Under the pieces are notes generated by a model. It worked only from the letters and a program-made list of their open reading frames with translations. It did not search any database and had not been told where the DNA came from. This document shows, in pieces, positions 11,471 to 23,769 of a stretch of 64,000 bases of DNA. Positions within the stretch are counted from its first letter, which is position 1. The number at the start of each line of letters is the position of its first letter. The translations under genes and the position numbers were made by a program. This stretch comes from Octopus bimaculoides (Eukaryota), in NCBI RefSeq assembly GCF_001194135.2, contig NC_068988.1:28193809-28257808 (forward strand), in the 5' to 3' direction.

Positions 11471-14400
11471 TATTTTTATTTAATTCTAAACTAAAGGTTA
11501 TAACATTCTTGTCCACTAAGTCACAGGAATTTGCTGAAGAGATCTAAAAGGACCAAAATATATTCATTGCTTACCACAGTTTGCTTTAAAGACCAGATCC
11601 ACTCCAATGTACCTTGTTTGTATTGACCAAATATACAGTATGGTATCCATACTGTCACAAAAAACAGTAAAGGTTATTCAGACTTTTAAATTATTTTTTG
11701 TTTCGTAATTCTTTCACAAATTACTTTTATAAGTGTCATTTTCAAATATCTTTAAGTGCCACATTTTACATATGTAAAAAGTCTTTAATTAAATGCTTGA
11801 GCTTTCTTCTAAATGTCATGGCTCAATACTTTTAGCTCGGTTTAATTATTGTCCCCTTATGATGGAAACATGTCAATTTAAAGGTTAGTAACTATATTTT
11901 AGGTTAGTAACTATATAATTATGTACAATTATGTGCAGTTTATTGCATTTGCTTTTAGTGAGATAAACTCTGATAGTGAGAAAAGCCTTGGAGTTAAAAG
12001 TATTGGACATTGAGATTTGAAATAAATGTTCATAATTTCAATCTCAACTAATGCTGAAAATGATCAAAGATTATACAGATGAAAATATGATTTATTTGTG
12101 TATCACAATGAAAGTGAGAAAGACAAGAAACATCTAGAAGGAAGGATTAATAGCCATTTATAAATATATGTGAACATGATAAGGTGTTCCACTTCATCCA
12201 AAGGATTAAAAATAAAGTTTAATTCCTTATTTAATCCAGTGAAGATTGTAGAGTGTCAGAATTAGCAAAGTGATGGACAAAATTTTCTATGATATTTAGT
12301 TATATACCATATTTGATGTTATATAAAATATTTCTTTGTAAAAAGAAGTTTCTGGGTCTATATTACCTGCTTTAATAGATTAAAAACTTTTTTCTTGAAT
12401 ATGTGCTACTGAAATTGAGGTGTATTGAATATGCCTGTGCATGTTTTATGCCATCAGATATGGCACTTTTACAGTCAAAGTTCAAATATTATCAGGGTCA
12501 AGGTTGTCTTTCAATTCTTCATGGGTCCATAAGAATAAACACCAATCAAGTAACCAGGACAATATTATTAGCTCTATCTTCTCAGATTTATGGTCTTGGA
12601 TCTAAATCAGCATTTAGTCAAAGCAGAGCAGATCTTCAACTTGTGGGAATACTGACATTTAGTAAATGGAAACTGTGTGGAAGCTTGTCCGTGAGAGACA
12701 CTTCCTGTTCTTGGTTGCTAGATATAATTCATTGCCCAGTTTAGTATCATTACCTGGCCTCTGGATATCTTTTATCTTTTACCTGTTCCAGTTATTAGAC
12801 TGTTGCTGTGCTGGGGTGCCACTTTGAGGAATTTTAGTAGAATTAATCAACCCCAGTACATATTCTCTTTTTAAGCATGGTTACTTATTCTATCAGTTTG
12901 TTTTGCCAAACCACTAAGTTATTGTCAAGCAGTGGTGGGGGATGAAAACAGCCACAAACACACACACATGCATACACACGACATACTTCTTTCAAGTTTC
13001 TGTGTACGGAATCGACTGCCAAGGCAAAAATGGGTTTACATCGGATTAACATGCTTGGAGAAACAATTGAGGGTTAGTGACAAAAAGGCATCCTTCATTT
13101 GAAAATCTGCCTAAACAGATACAGGCTGACCCATGCATGGAAAAGTGAGAGTTAAAATGATGATGATGACGATGATGATGATGATGACGATGATAATGAT
13201 GAAGATGATGATAACCTGTTTACTGATAAAGCAGGTTTGCGCTTTCTATGTTTCACTGCTGATGAGGTTCATAAAAATTGAAACATATCCATTCCTATTC
13301 TCTTCCTCCACCAAAAGTCAGACTTTCTATTAGCATGACAATAGAATTTTTTTTAATAAAAAATTATCCCCCCTTCTATTTTTTAGATGTCAACTTAATG
13401 CCACTAGGTTTTTGTTTTCTTTCTCCAACCATGAGAAACATTTCTATTCATTTATTTTTTGTACATCATTCAGTACATCCATACATATTTAATATATCCC
13501 AATATATGCCTTTGGTTTATTTGAATTATTTCCCTTAGCTATTTTCTTTTTCTTATTTCTATTATACATTTATTCCTTTAAAGCCTTATGGCAAGGTACA
13601 ACATAATTCTATTTAGTTTCAGTGAATACAGAAGAAAAGCAGAAAATATTCTAGTTTTAGGAGGGGCATCCAACAGTAAAAAAAGTTTTATTTTATACAA
13701 AAATCCTTTTGTTTAATCTGAAATGGAAATAAAAAAAATTAATGTAGAAACAAAATTTGTGTGTTTGTAAGCAGAATTGCTTCAAGAAGCTACCATATAC
13801 TTAAATACATACATATGAGAATAATAATACATATAAACGTATATGCAATGAAGACTGTGAGCTGTATTAAGCTTTGCATTGAAACAAGAGCCTGTATTAT
13901 GCAGCAATCTTTAAAATAATAAAAACAATAGTTTATTGATTAAAAATCGATATTAATTGTAGTGTAGCTACTTGTATAGTCTTTTTTCCCCCTCGAATTT
14001 GATTTATATCAGTAAAATGCGACTGCTGGGGGTTATTTTGTTTTAAATTCGTTAGAAAACTAATAATCTTAAGTATATTTACCTTTACCGTATGTCTTAC
14101 GAGAATTTAATTACCGTCTGAATCATCGATTTCCGAATATATTTCGATTGAATATAGATTTCACCTTCGTTATTGATAATGCACACATTTTGGAATCGAA
14201 CCTGCCTTTTTTGTGCACTGGAATGCTATAACTAGTCAATAAAGTACACCGACATCATTTAATTCTGGAAGAATTAATTATTATTTTTATTTTTGCTCTG
14301 TCGTGCATGTGCGTAAACATATGTTTTTCTATATACATAACAATAATACAAAAACTAATTTATTCACGTTTCATGTGTTTATTATACTAGTGTTGCAATT

Positions 14401-15569
14401 ATTAAAGGACAGCGTGTTTTAAGAAATATATTCACAAGTCGAATACGCTTTAATTATTTTAATATAAGCGCGTTTAAACATAATTTTCAATTGGAAATAC
14501 ATATTCGTGAACAGCGCGCACGCACTTATATATACGCAAACATAATATATATATACATATACCTACACCCACGCACACATATATATGAATATTTGTAAAT
14601 ATACATACACACACATACGCATACACACAAATACATACATACATACATATGCGCATGAGTGGCTGCGTGGTCAAGACGTTTGCTCCTCAAACAATCCCAA
14701 TATGTGACCTCTTGGGCAAGTGTTTTCTAATATAGCCCTGAGCTGACCAAAATCCTGTGAGTTGATTCGTTCAACAGAAACTGACAAAGACGCATCGAAT
14801 AGATGTGTGTGTGCGTGTGTCATTGCATTGAATGTCAGTCATTTCCAATATTCCGTGAAAACATGTCTGGCCACAGGAAAATATCAGCTTGCTTAGAAAC
14901 AGGTAAGGGTTGGTGACAGGAGGTGTTCAGTCATAGAAAATCTGCCACAATAAACTCTGTATAACCTATGCAAGCCTCAAAAAGTAAATGCTGAAACGAT
15001 GATATATCATCATCATCATCATCACGATCATTTAACATCCATTTACGAAGCTGGCATGCATTGAACAGTTTGACAGGAAGTGGCAAACTGGAAGACTGCA
15101 CCAGGTTCCAGTCGTCTGTTTTGGCATGGTTTCTACAGCTGAATGCTCTTCTTAATGCCAACCACTTTACAGAGTGTACTGGATGTTTCTTGCTGTTTTA
15201 CCCCCATTCTAGTCTAGCGACCCTCCATGTTTGTTTCCGTTCGGTTTCTTTGTATGTCTCCACTGTCCTGTTTTTGTTCCCAGCTTTGACCTTCCATAAA
15301 TCCTGAATTTTATTTTGGTACTTATGGGAGCAACTGTCTTCAAAGACTCATATTGTTGTTCAATGCTCGAAATAAGGAGTAGATATACAGCCAACAACTG
15401 ATGAAGGGTCGTTCTTTGTGTTACTTGTCCTGTTTTCCATTTGTTTCTCTCGTTGTTTGCACATTTGTTTGCACATTGAACTTATTTGTTTTTGTATTTC
15501 ATGCTGTTTACTGTTGGTGACATCCTGTACCCATATATGCATATGTACACACACACATATATATATTAT

Positions 15570-15781
15570 CATCATCATCATCATCATCGTTTAACGTCCG
15601 CTTTCCATGCTAGCATGGGTTGGACGATTTGACTGAGGACTGGTGAAACCGGATGGCAACACCAGGATCCAATCTAAATTTGGCAGAGTTTCTACAGCTG
15701 GATGCCCTTTCTAACGCCAACCACTCAGAGAGTGTAGTAGGTGCTTTTACGTGTCACCTGCACGAAGGCCAGTCAGGCGAT
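15570..15781 (-). mobile_element. Family C SINE/RTE-like 3' end with (GAT)n tail, young copy
   Basis: (cat)n-cgtttaacgtccgctttccatgctagcatgggttggacg... has one mismatch over about 95 bp to the reverse complement of 35836-35930. Confidence 0.85.
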
Positions 15782-16228
15782 NNNNNNNNNNNNNNNNNNN
15801 NNNNNNNNNNNNNNNNNNNNNNNNNNNNNNNNNNNNNNNNNNNNNNNNNNNNNNNNNNNNNNNNNNNNNNNNNNNNNNNNNNNNNNNNNNNNNNNNNNNN
15901 NNNNNNNNNNNNNNNNNNNNNNNNNNNNNNNNNNNNNNNNNNNNNNNNNNNNNNNNNNNNNNNNNNNNNTATATATATATGCATATATATATATTTATAT
16001 ATATATTATTTATATTATATGACTATTATATATATATGCATATATATATATTTATATATATATTATTTATATTATATATAAATTTAATTAGAGGATATGT
16101 TAACTGCGTTAAGGGATGGTTGCATCCAAAGAAATACTGGTTCAATACTTAGTATTTTGGGGGAATGAAATTCCTTTAAAACAATAGGTATATATAAAGT
16201 ATATAGTTTATATTCATTTAAAAGAAGA

Positions 16229-16548
16229 AAATTTGTCCATTAAATTTACATTTGTGTGACATGAGTATAATTTTCTCAGAGTAAAAAAAGATGAATGTTT
16301 GGATGTTATATGTGGGCTTATCAATTCATTTCAGCAGACTCCAGTATAATTTCAGCAAGTGAAAAAAGATGAACCTTCGGATGTTATATGTGGGCTTATC
16401 AATTCATTTCAGCAGACTGGAGTCTGCTGAACTGAATTGAATCTGTTGAAATGAATTGATAAGACCACATAACATCCAACGGTTCATCTTTTTTCCTCTG
16501 ATGAAATTATACTCACATCACACAAATGTAAATTTAATGTACAAATTT
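16229..16548. mobile_element. Fold-back/MITE-like element with internal tandem duplication
   Basis: Terminal arms aaatttgtccattaaatttacatttgtgtga / tcacacaaatgtaaatttaatgtacaaattt. The left arm has two copies of ggatgttatatgtgggcttatcaattcatttcagcagact. Confidence 0.8.
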
Positions 16549-17347
16549 GTAATTAAATTATTGAGTATTAACTGAAACGGCTGTAAGAAGCAAAGATAAC
16601 CAATTTGTTGTTAATAATAAACAATTATTAACTTCCTAATCTCCATTTTCTTTTCTTCTTTTAAATGGATATAAACTATATATATATNNNNNNNNNNNNN
16701 NNNNNNNNNNNNNNNNNNNNNNNNNNNNNNNNNNNNNNNNNNNNNNNNNNNNNNNNNNNNNNNNNNNNNNNNNNNNNNNNNNNNNNNNNNNNNNNNNNNN
16801 NNNNNNNNNNNNNCCCATAACTTAGCTGTTCAGTAAATGACAATTGATACAATAAATATTAGACTTAAAAAAAGAACACAAGTGCTGGCATCAATTTTTT
16901 TTTGACAAAATGCTTCAAGGCAGTGTCCCAGCATGGCTGCAGTCCAACGATTATAATAATTAAAAGGTAAAAGATACCTATGTCTTATGCATGCTAGGGT
17001 CAAGGTAGGACTGTTGTGCTTTTGACACAGATACACAAGCTCTGTTGAGGTAAATACAAGTGTTCACAGCTGTTCTGTTTGCCCCAGATCCCCCCCCACC
17101 TTCCCCAAAAAACCCTAATGGCCTGTAAATTGCAAGGAAATTATCTCCCCTTTCCATTTAGAATTCCATTCATACTCCTTCGATGTCATTGTTGTTCAGT
17201 TTCATGCTACTAGCAGCTTTTGTTTAGAAAAGAGACCCTGGATAGTGGAGATGAGATGAAAATAGGAGCTGGGCACTGCTTTGAAGAATTTTAGTGAAAC
17301 CTTCCACAATAAACTCTGTATAACCTATTGATCAAATGTACTGGACT

Positions 17348-17645
17348 TGTGAAAGCGCATGGTTTAGTGGTTAGGGTACTTGGCTTACGATCATAGGGTT
17401 GCAAGTTCAATTGTTGTGTCCTTGAGCAAGACATTTTATTTCACGGTGCCCTAGTGCACTCAACTGGCAAAAATGAGTAGTACCTGTATTTCAAGGGGTT
17501 GGCCTTGTTACGCTCTGTGTCATGCTGAATCTCCCTGAGAAATATGTAAAAAGAGGTATGCGTGTCTGTGGAGTGCTCAGTCACTTGCACGTTAATCTCA
17601 CATATCAACTGGGACCCTCATCATCGTAACTGATGGAGTGCTCTA
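17348..17645 (+). mobile_element. tRNA-derived SINE, family B
   Basis: gcgcatggtttagtggttaggg head plus gctgaatctccctgagaa...ctgtggagtgctcag body. Confidence 0.8.
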
Positions 17646-18944
17646 TTGTACTGAACTGCTAAATTAAAGGGAGTCAAAACACCAACACCAGTTATCAAGC
17701 AGTGGTGGGGAACAAAGACATACACACACACACACACATGACTGGCTTCTTCCAGTTTCCATCTGCTAAATCCACACACAAGACCTCGGTTGGCCCAAGG
17801 CTATAGTGGAAGACACTTACCCAAGGTGCCATGCAGTGGGACTGAACCTAGAATCATGTGATTGGGAAGCAAATGCATGTGTGTGTGCATTCAAATGAAT
17901 ATATATGTATATAAATAGGTACAGGTGTCTGTGTGTGGTTGAGAAGCTTACTTCCCAACCACATGGGCTAAGGTTCAGTCCCACAGCTAGTCTTCTACTA
18001 TAGCCTCAGGCTAGCTAAAGCTTTGTGAGTGAATTTGGTGGATGAAAATTGAAAGAACATTGAATGTATATATACATATATGTATGTATGTCTCTTCTAT
18101 TTTTTAATTATTATAAATCTTCCACAGAGGAGGGAGCCAGTTTCCAACAAAGATACAAGGCTCTATCTTTGGGATGTAGTTAACACAGACAAATTCACAT
18201 TTGGAACTTGAGAAAAGTCTTGCATATTTTTACTGTTCCGCTCACAGATTGCACTTGTATGAATTAGCTGGCCGGTTTCTCTTTCTGAAAATCCCAGTTT
18301 ATCCAGATTCTCCTTTAAGCAAAACCTAATGCTCCAATTATTATTGGAATGAAATATGAATTCATAGTCTGGATATAAATGTATGTATGTATGTATGTAT
18401 GGATATGTATGTATGTATGGATGGATGAAAGGATATGTATGTATGTGTGTGTTTGCATATCCTTGTCTTGACATCACATGATCGTTGTAAACAAACAGCA
18501 CTGTCATACAAATCATATTGTTTGTTTCTAGTCTTCATGAAAAACATGTCTGGATATGGCAAAATATTACCTTACCTGGAAACAGGTGAGGGTTGGCAAC
18601 AGAACGGGTATCCAGCTGTAGGAATTCTGCATCAACACATTCCGTATGACTCAGGTAAGCATGGACAAGTGGATGTTAAATGGATATATGGTAATGACAA
18701 TGATGATAAATATCTGATAACAGGTTGACTGAGCTCCACATTACTTAAAGTTTCGTAAGTGCAGCTGCGCTCCTTTATCCTTAGACGTATACGTTCTGTA
18801 TATCTAAAGATGTTACAACTCTAAAACAATGCATTGAGTACTACCTTCAGGCGGAGGTAAAGAATATGCACAACCTGGTGTTTAGGGTTAGGGTTTAGCA
18901 TTTAGGTTTAGAGTTACGCCCAAAACGTCTGTTCACGGATCTAT

Positions 18945-18980
18945 CTATCTGTCTGTCTGCCTGCCTGTCTGTCTGCCTGC

Positions 18981-19019
<39 letters not shown>

Positions 19020-19035
19020 TCTATTTATCTGTCTG

Positions 19036-19106
<71 letters not shown>

Positions 19107-19118
19107 GTCTGTCTGTCT
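18945..19118. repeat. Compound (TCTA)/(TCTG) microsatellite
   Basis: Visible directly in the sequence. Confidence 0.95.
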
Positions 19119-19312
19119 ATCCCCCTCCCTCTTTATGTAAATATTACGTATACACATACATATGAATAGAAATTTACACTCACACACACACAAATGTCTG
19201 TGTATAATAAATATATATGTATATATATATACATATTTTATGCATTCGCACATAGACAAAATCTATCTATCTCTGTCTATCTATTTATCAGTATATACAC
19301 ACACACAACAAT

Positions 19313-19359
<47 letters not shown>

Positions 19360-19829
19360 NNNNNNNNNNNNNNNNNNNNNNNNNNNNNNNNNNNNNNNNN
19401 NNNNNNNNNNNNNNNNNNNNNNNNNNNNNNNNNNNNNNNNNNNNNNNNNNNNNNNNNNNNNNNNNNNNNNNNNNNNNNNNNNNNNNNNNNNNNNNNNNNN
19501 NNNNNNNNNNNNNNNNNNNNNNNNNNNNNNNNNNNNNNNNNNNNNNNNNNNNNNNNNNNNNNNNNNNNNNNNNNNNNNNNNNNNNNNNNNNNNNNNNNNN
19601 NNNNNNNNNNNNNNNNNNNNNNNNNNNNNNNNNNNNNNNNNNAAAAAAATGGGTGGTTTGCTCCGCCTTTGACCTGACTGTTAAATGGTTGTCGGCTTAT
19701 TTTTCTTGACGGGAAAAAGAAAATGTACTGTTATTTTCAGGGGTGGTGGAGGTGAAACATAGGCTAAGCATGGGATAGTTAGACAAACAGACAGATAGAT
19801 AGATAGATAGATAGAACAAGAAAACGAGC

Positions 19830-19877
<48 letters not shown>

Positions 19878-20056
19878 GAGAGAGATGGAAGAGAGACAAA
19901 TTGTAATAAAGGTGTAAGACGTGAGTGGTAAAAAATAATACAAGAAGCACAAAAAAGGAAAACATATAGAAGGAAAGAATATGAAAAAAGCTAATATATG
20001 GACTTAGCAACAAGCCAGATTGTATCCGTCATTATACACACACACACACATGTGAA

Positions 20057-20156
<100 letters not shown>

Positions 20157-20279
20157 ACACTATCGGATATTTTGAGAAAGAAACAGCTACTATTATTTGT
20201 AGCTTTTCTGTTTTCCGTATTTCCGATTAGCGACATTTTTATATGCCTTTTTTTCTGACCATTTTTCATGAGGGACTAT

Positions 20280-21168
20280 TTTCTTTCGCGGAAGAATAAT
20301 AATAAAATAAAAAAAAAATTTAAATCTTCATCGCCGTTCCATCCTCTATTCGTTTTGTAAGCAATCAGGAGGTGTGTTCGGAGAATTCCGCAAAAAAAAA
20401 GTTATTCTTAGAAAAAAAAAGAAAAAGAAAGATTATTTAAGGGAACGTTGTCTGGCTGGACGTGAAAACTTTTTTTCCTCTATGTAAGTAAATATGGTGG
20501 AGTGGTGGTGATTGTTTTATTGTACGTAACCGTTTTAGTATGTTAGTATGGTCTGTCTAACTCCATCCTTCCCACGTCGCCTACGTAGTGTATAAATGTA
20601 TATAACATATTAATACATATATGTATACATATCTATAGATGTGTGTGCGTGTGTACATATATGTGTGTATATATGTATATATATATATATGTGTGTGTAT
20701 GTATATGTATATATGTGTGTGTATGCGTGAGTATGTATAACTCATCTATTGTTAGTGATATACTACTGTCGTTCGTTTTCCATCCTCTTTCTTCATTAGT
20801 CATTCTGTACTTCACTAAAATATTTTTTTCCACTCCCACTATTTCATTCTCACTAATGTCTTAAAGAGAAACTGACTTTATATAACGTTCCCTCCTTTTC
20901 TTATCTCTCTCTCTCTTTCTCTCCGTCTCTTTCACACACACACATATATATATATTTACACACATACACATACATGCATATGTGTATATGTATGTAGATG
21001 TGTGTGTGTGTTTCCTCTACTCTCTTTGTTTTCTAGTGTCGTTCCTCCTCCCTCCCTCCTTCGCTCTGGTACTACTTCTCTATCACTGTTTATCTCCTCC
21101 CATATAGGATTTACTGCGTCACTCTTCTGTTTGGTTACTACAACTTTCTCCCTTCCCCTTCACACGCT

Positions 21169-21256
<88 letters not shown>

Positions 21257-21869
21257 CAAGCACACATATATATATATATATAATTGTCTATCTATATATG
21301 TAGTATGTATAGATATATATTTGATAACTGGAAGTTAAATTAGTATATTTATATATATATAAATTTTACTTATATGATAATTGAATTTTTAAGATAACAT
21401 TGTATCTTTTCAATTTTTCGTATTGTAAATAACGTTATTTTATCAATTTTTACATTATCGTGCATTTTTATCCAACCAACTCTGTCAATCATAGCCCGCC
21501 TTTAACAATATTAGGGCCGTTGTCGTAAATGTAGTTCTCCCTCCCACTTATTACTAACATAACATTCTACTCATACTAATATAGCAATTTTTCAATAAAA
21601 TAATTAAAAATCTCACTAATAATATCGATTTTGTAAACTATCCTTCAAAATCGAATGGAAAGTAATATTTTTTGGTCGCATGCTATTTTCAATTGCGTAT
21701 GCATATAGACAAAAAGAACGTGTGTTTCGGTTAACGCGGAAGAATACGCTAGCTTCAGTCAGTCGCCTCCATGGCCTCCAAGCAGGGAACGTGGACTTCC
21801 CATCTATGGCGAACAGATGCCTGTCACGATCGATCCAGTATCCACATCAATGGTTTGCTTCGGCATTAA
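20280..21869 (+). promoter_or_regulatory. Probable promoter/5' leader region of the Sp gene
   Basis: CpG-retaining DNA upstream of the first coding exon. Candidate 5'UTR donor TAT|gtaagt at 20483/20484 and acceptor catatag| at 21708. Confidence 0.45.
21771..21869 (+). promoter_or_regulatory. uORF (32 aa), in frame with and abutting the Sp start codon
   Basis: ATG at 21771 reads MASKQGTWTSHLWRTDACHDRSSIHINGLLRH to TAA 21867-21869. The main ATG is at 21870. Confidence 0.6.
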
Positions 21870-21932
21870 ATGGCTACACTTGCTATAAGGAGATCGAATG
21901 AAGACTATGTGATGCCGACAAGTTCATCTCAG
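21870..21932 (+). CDS. Sp1-4: Sp1-4-clade transcription factor, coding exon 1 (MATLAIRRSNEDYVMPTSSSQ)
   Basis: In-frame stop directly upstream. CAG|gtgagt donor, phase 0, joins to give SSSQ|DNQPSPLALLAATC, like vertebrate Sp4 SGSQDSQPSPLALLAATC. Confidence 0.85.
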
Positions 21933-22076
21933 GTGAGTTTTTTCCATCTGTAGAATGTGTATATGTTGTTTTTCTCTCTCTCCCCCCACCATACAACCAG
22001 TTCCTAGTAGGGCTGAAAATTTTTTTTGAATGGCCTAATTTTTATGCACACCCCTTTCTTTAACCCCGCCTTGTAG

Positions 22077-23769
22077 GATAACCAGCCATCCCCTTTGGCT
22101 CTGTTGGCCGCTACTTGCAGCAAGATCGGGGCTCCACAAGAAGACGGAATTAACCAAGTGAGTGCAACTCAGGTCCGAATTATTGGTCAGAATCAGGTTA
22201 CCAATCAAAGCGAGATCGTGGCCGGCCAGAACTGGGTTCAAGTACCTGGTGTCGTGGACTCTACCAAGCCAAACGCACCAGCTACGGCATTAACTACTGC
22301 TCCGATCATAGCCCAGCAGACTCCGCAACTGATTGCGTCCACCGGACCAGGTGGAAACATAACATACAATGTCATACCACCGTTCCAAACATTTACACTG
22401 GATGGACAAGAGGCCATCTTTGTACCTGCAAATGCTTCCACGGCGAGTGGAGGTCAAGCGATTCTTGCGGGGAATCAAGCTGTCCTAACGCCGACCGGAC
22501 AAATTGTCCGAACCACCCAAGGCCTCTCGGGAGCCAACATTATCCCCAACAATGTCGGTTTCATGGGTAACGTGCTCAATTTGGGCGGTAATATGGTCAA
22601 TCTGGCAGGAATGCAGAACATGGCCATACGGCAACCTCTTATGCAGACAATACAATTGCCTTTGTCTCAACTCCAACAAATGCCCATTATACAAATACCC
22701 GTATCAACTGGGAACGGACAAACGACTTATCAAGCAATTCAACTGCCTATTCAAGCTTTCTCTACACCAGCACTCCAAACTGCTAATCTCATGGGTCAGG
22801 GCACTCTTTCCACGCTTCATTCTTCAGCAACGGGCAATAACTCGAATCAAATCAGCTCCGGACAAAATCTTACACAGCAAGTGCTCGAGATAGCAGCACC
22901 AACTGAAATTAACGTTAAGACTGAGATCAAAAGTAACTCACCGCAACCTCTCGTTACTACGGCAACAGATGTTACCTGCCCCTCTGTCAACAACATTCAA
23001 CAACAACAACTAAGTGGTGGAACCGCGACCCAAAATGTATCCACGTCCATCTCGAGTACAGCTGCCTCGCCGACTGCTTCAAATGCTGGCTTCATCCCTC
23101 AGTCAGCGCTACAGACTATTCCCACTATCATTTCGTTATCACATAATCCTTGCAACCAGTCAGTGGTAACATCAGGCAGCCAAAATGTCCATTCACTGGC
23201 TATACCCCAAAATTCAGCCAGTTTATCTGGAACGTCAACTATTACCTCCGCAGCCAGTCAAGGCAGCATGGTGTCTAATATTATTACTCCTCAAATGTTA
23301 CAAAGCGCAGCCAATATCCAGATTGCTGCAGCAGCAGCAGGCCAGAACCAAGTTATACAAGGCAGTCCTTGGATTCCTACACTTAACATTGCAAACATCC
23401 GACCTACCAACATACAGACTATACAAGTTCAAAACATCCAGGGTCTGCAAGGTCTCCAAGGATTCTCCGCCCTACAGAACGTGCAGAACTTGGCCAACTT
23501 TCAAGCTATCACTCCGCAAGGACAGATTATAGCGGCCTCATCGCCTCTCCAAGGCATGGGCGGGCCAATAACGATAGCCACCACCACATCGGCGACTACT
23601 TCCAGCATGGCGGCCAGTTTAGGGGGTGGAGGCACAACTTCCTCCCAGTCGCAGGGACAGCAACTCAGCCCACAACAGATACAGACAGTAGCAGCGGCGG
23701 CCGGGATCAGCACAAACCAGATCAGCACAACTCCCACAGCCCAGGCTATCAGCGCTACACAGATTTTAG
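22077..23769 (+). CDS. Sp1-4: Sp1-4 coding exon 2: Sp box plus Q/S/T-rich transactivation region
   Basis: ttgtag|GAT acceptor, SPLALLAATCSKIG Sp box, 564 open codons, G|gtaagt donor (phase 1). Confidence 0.97.

Noticed and set aside
12403-12744. 113-aa + strand ORF
   Set aside because: TTG/GTG-type start, no recognisable domain, no convincing splice sites.
21490-22072. GC boxes (cccgcc at about 21496 and 22064) as Sp autoregulatory sites
   Set aside because: Short partial matches expected by chance; the second lies in the polypyrimidine tract.
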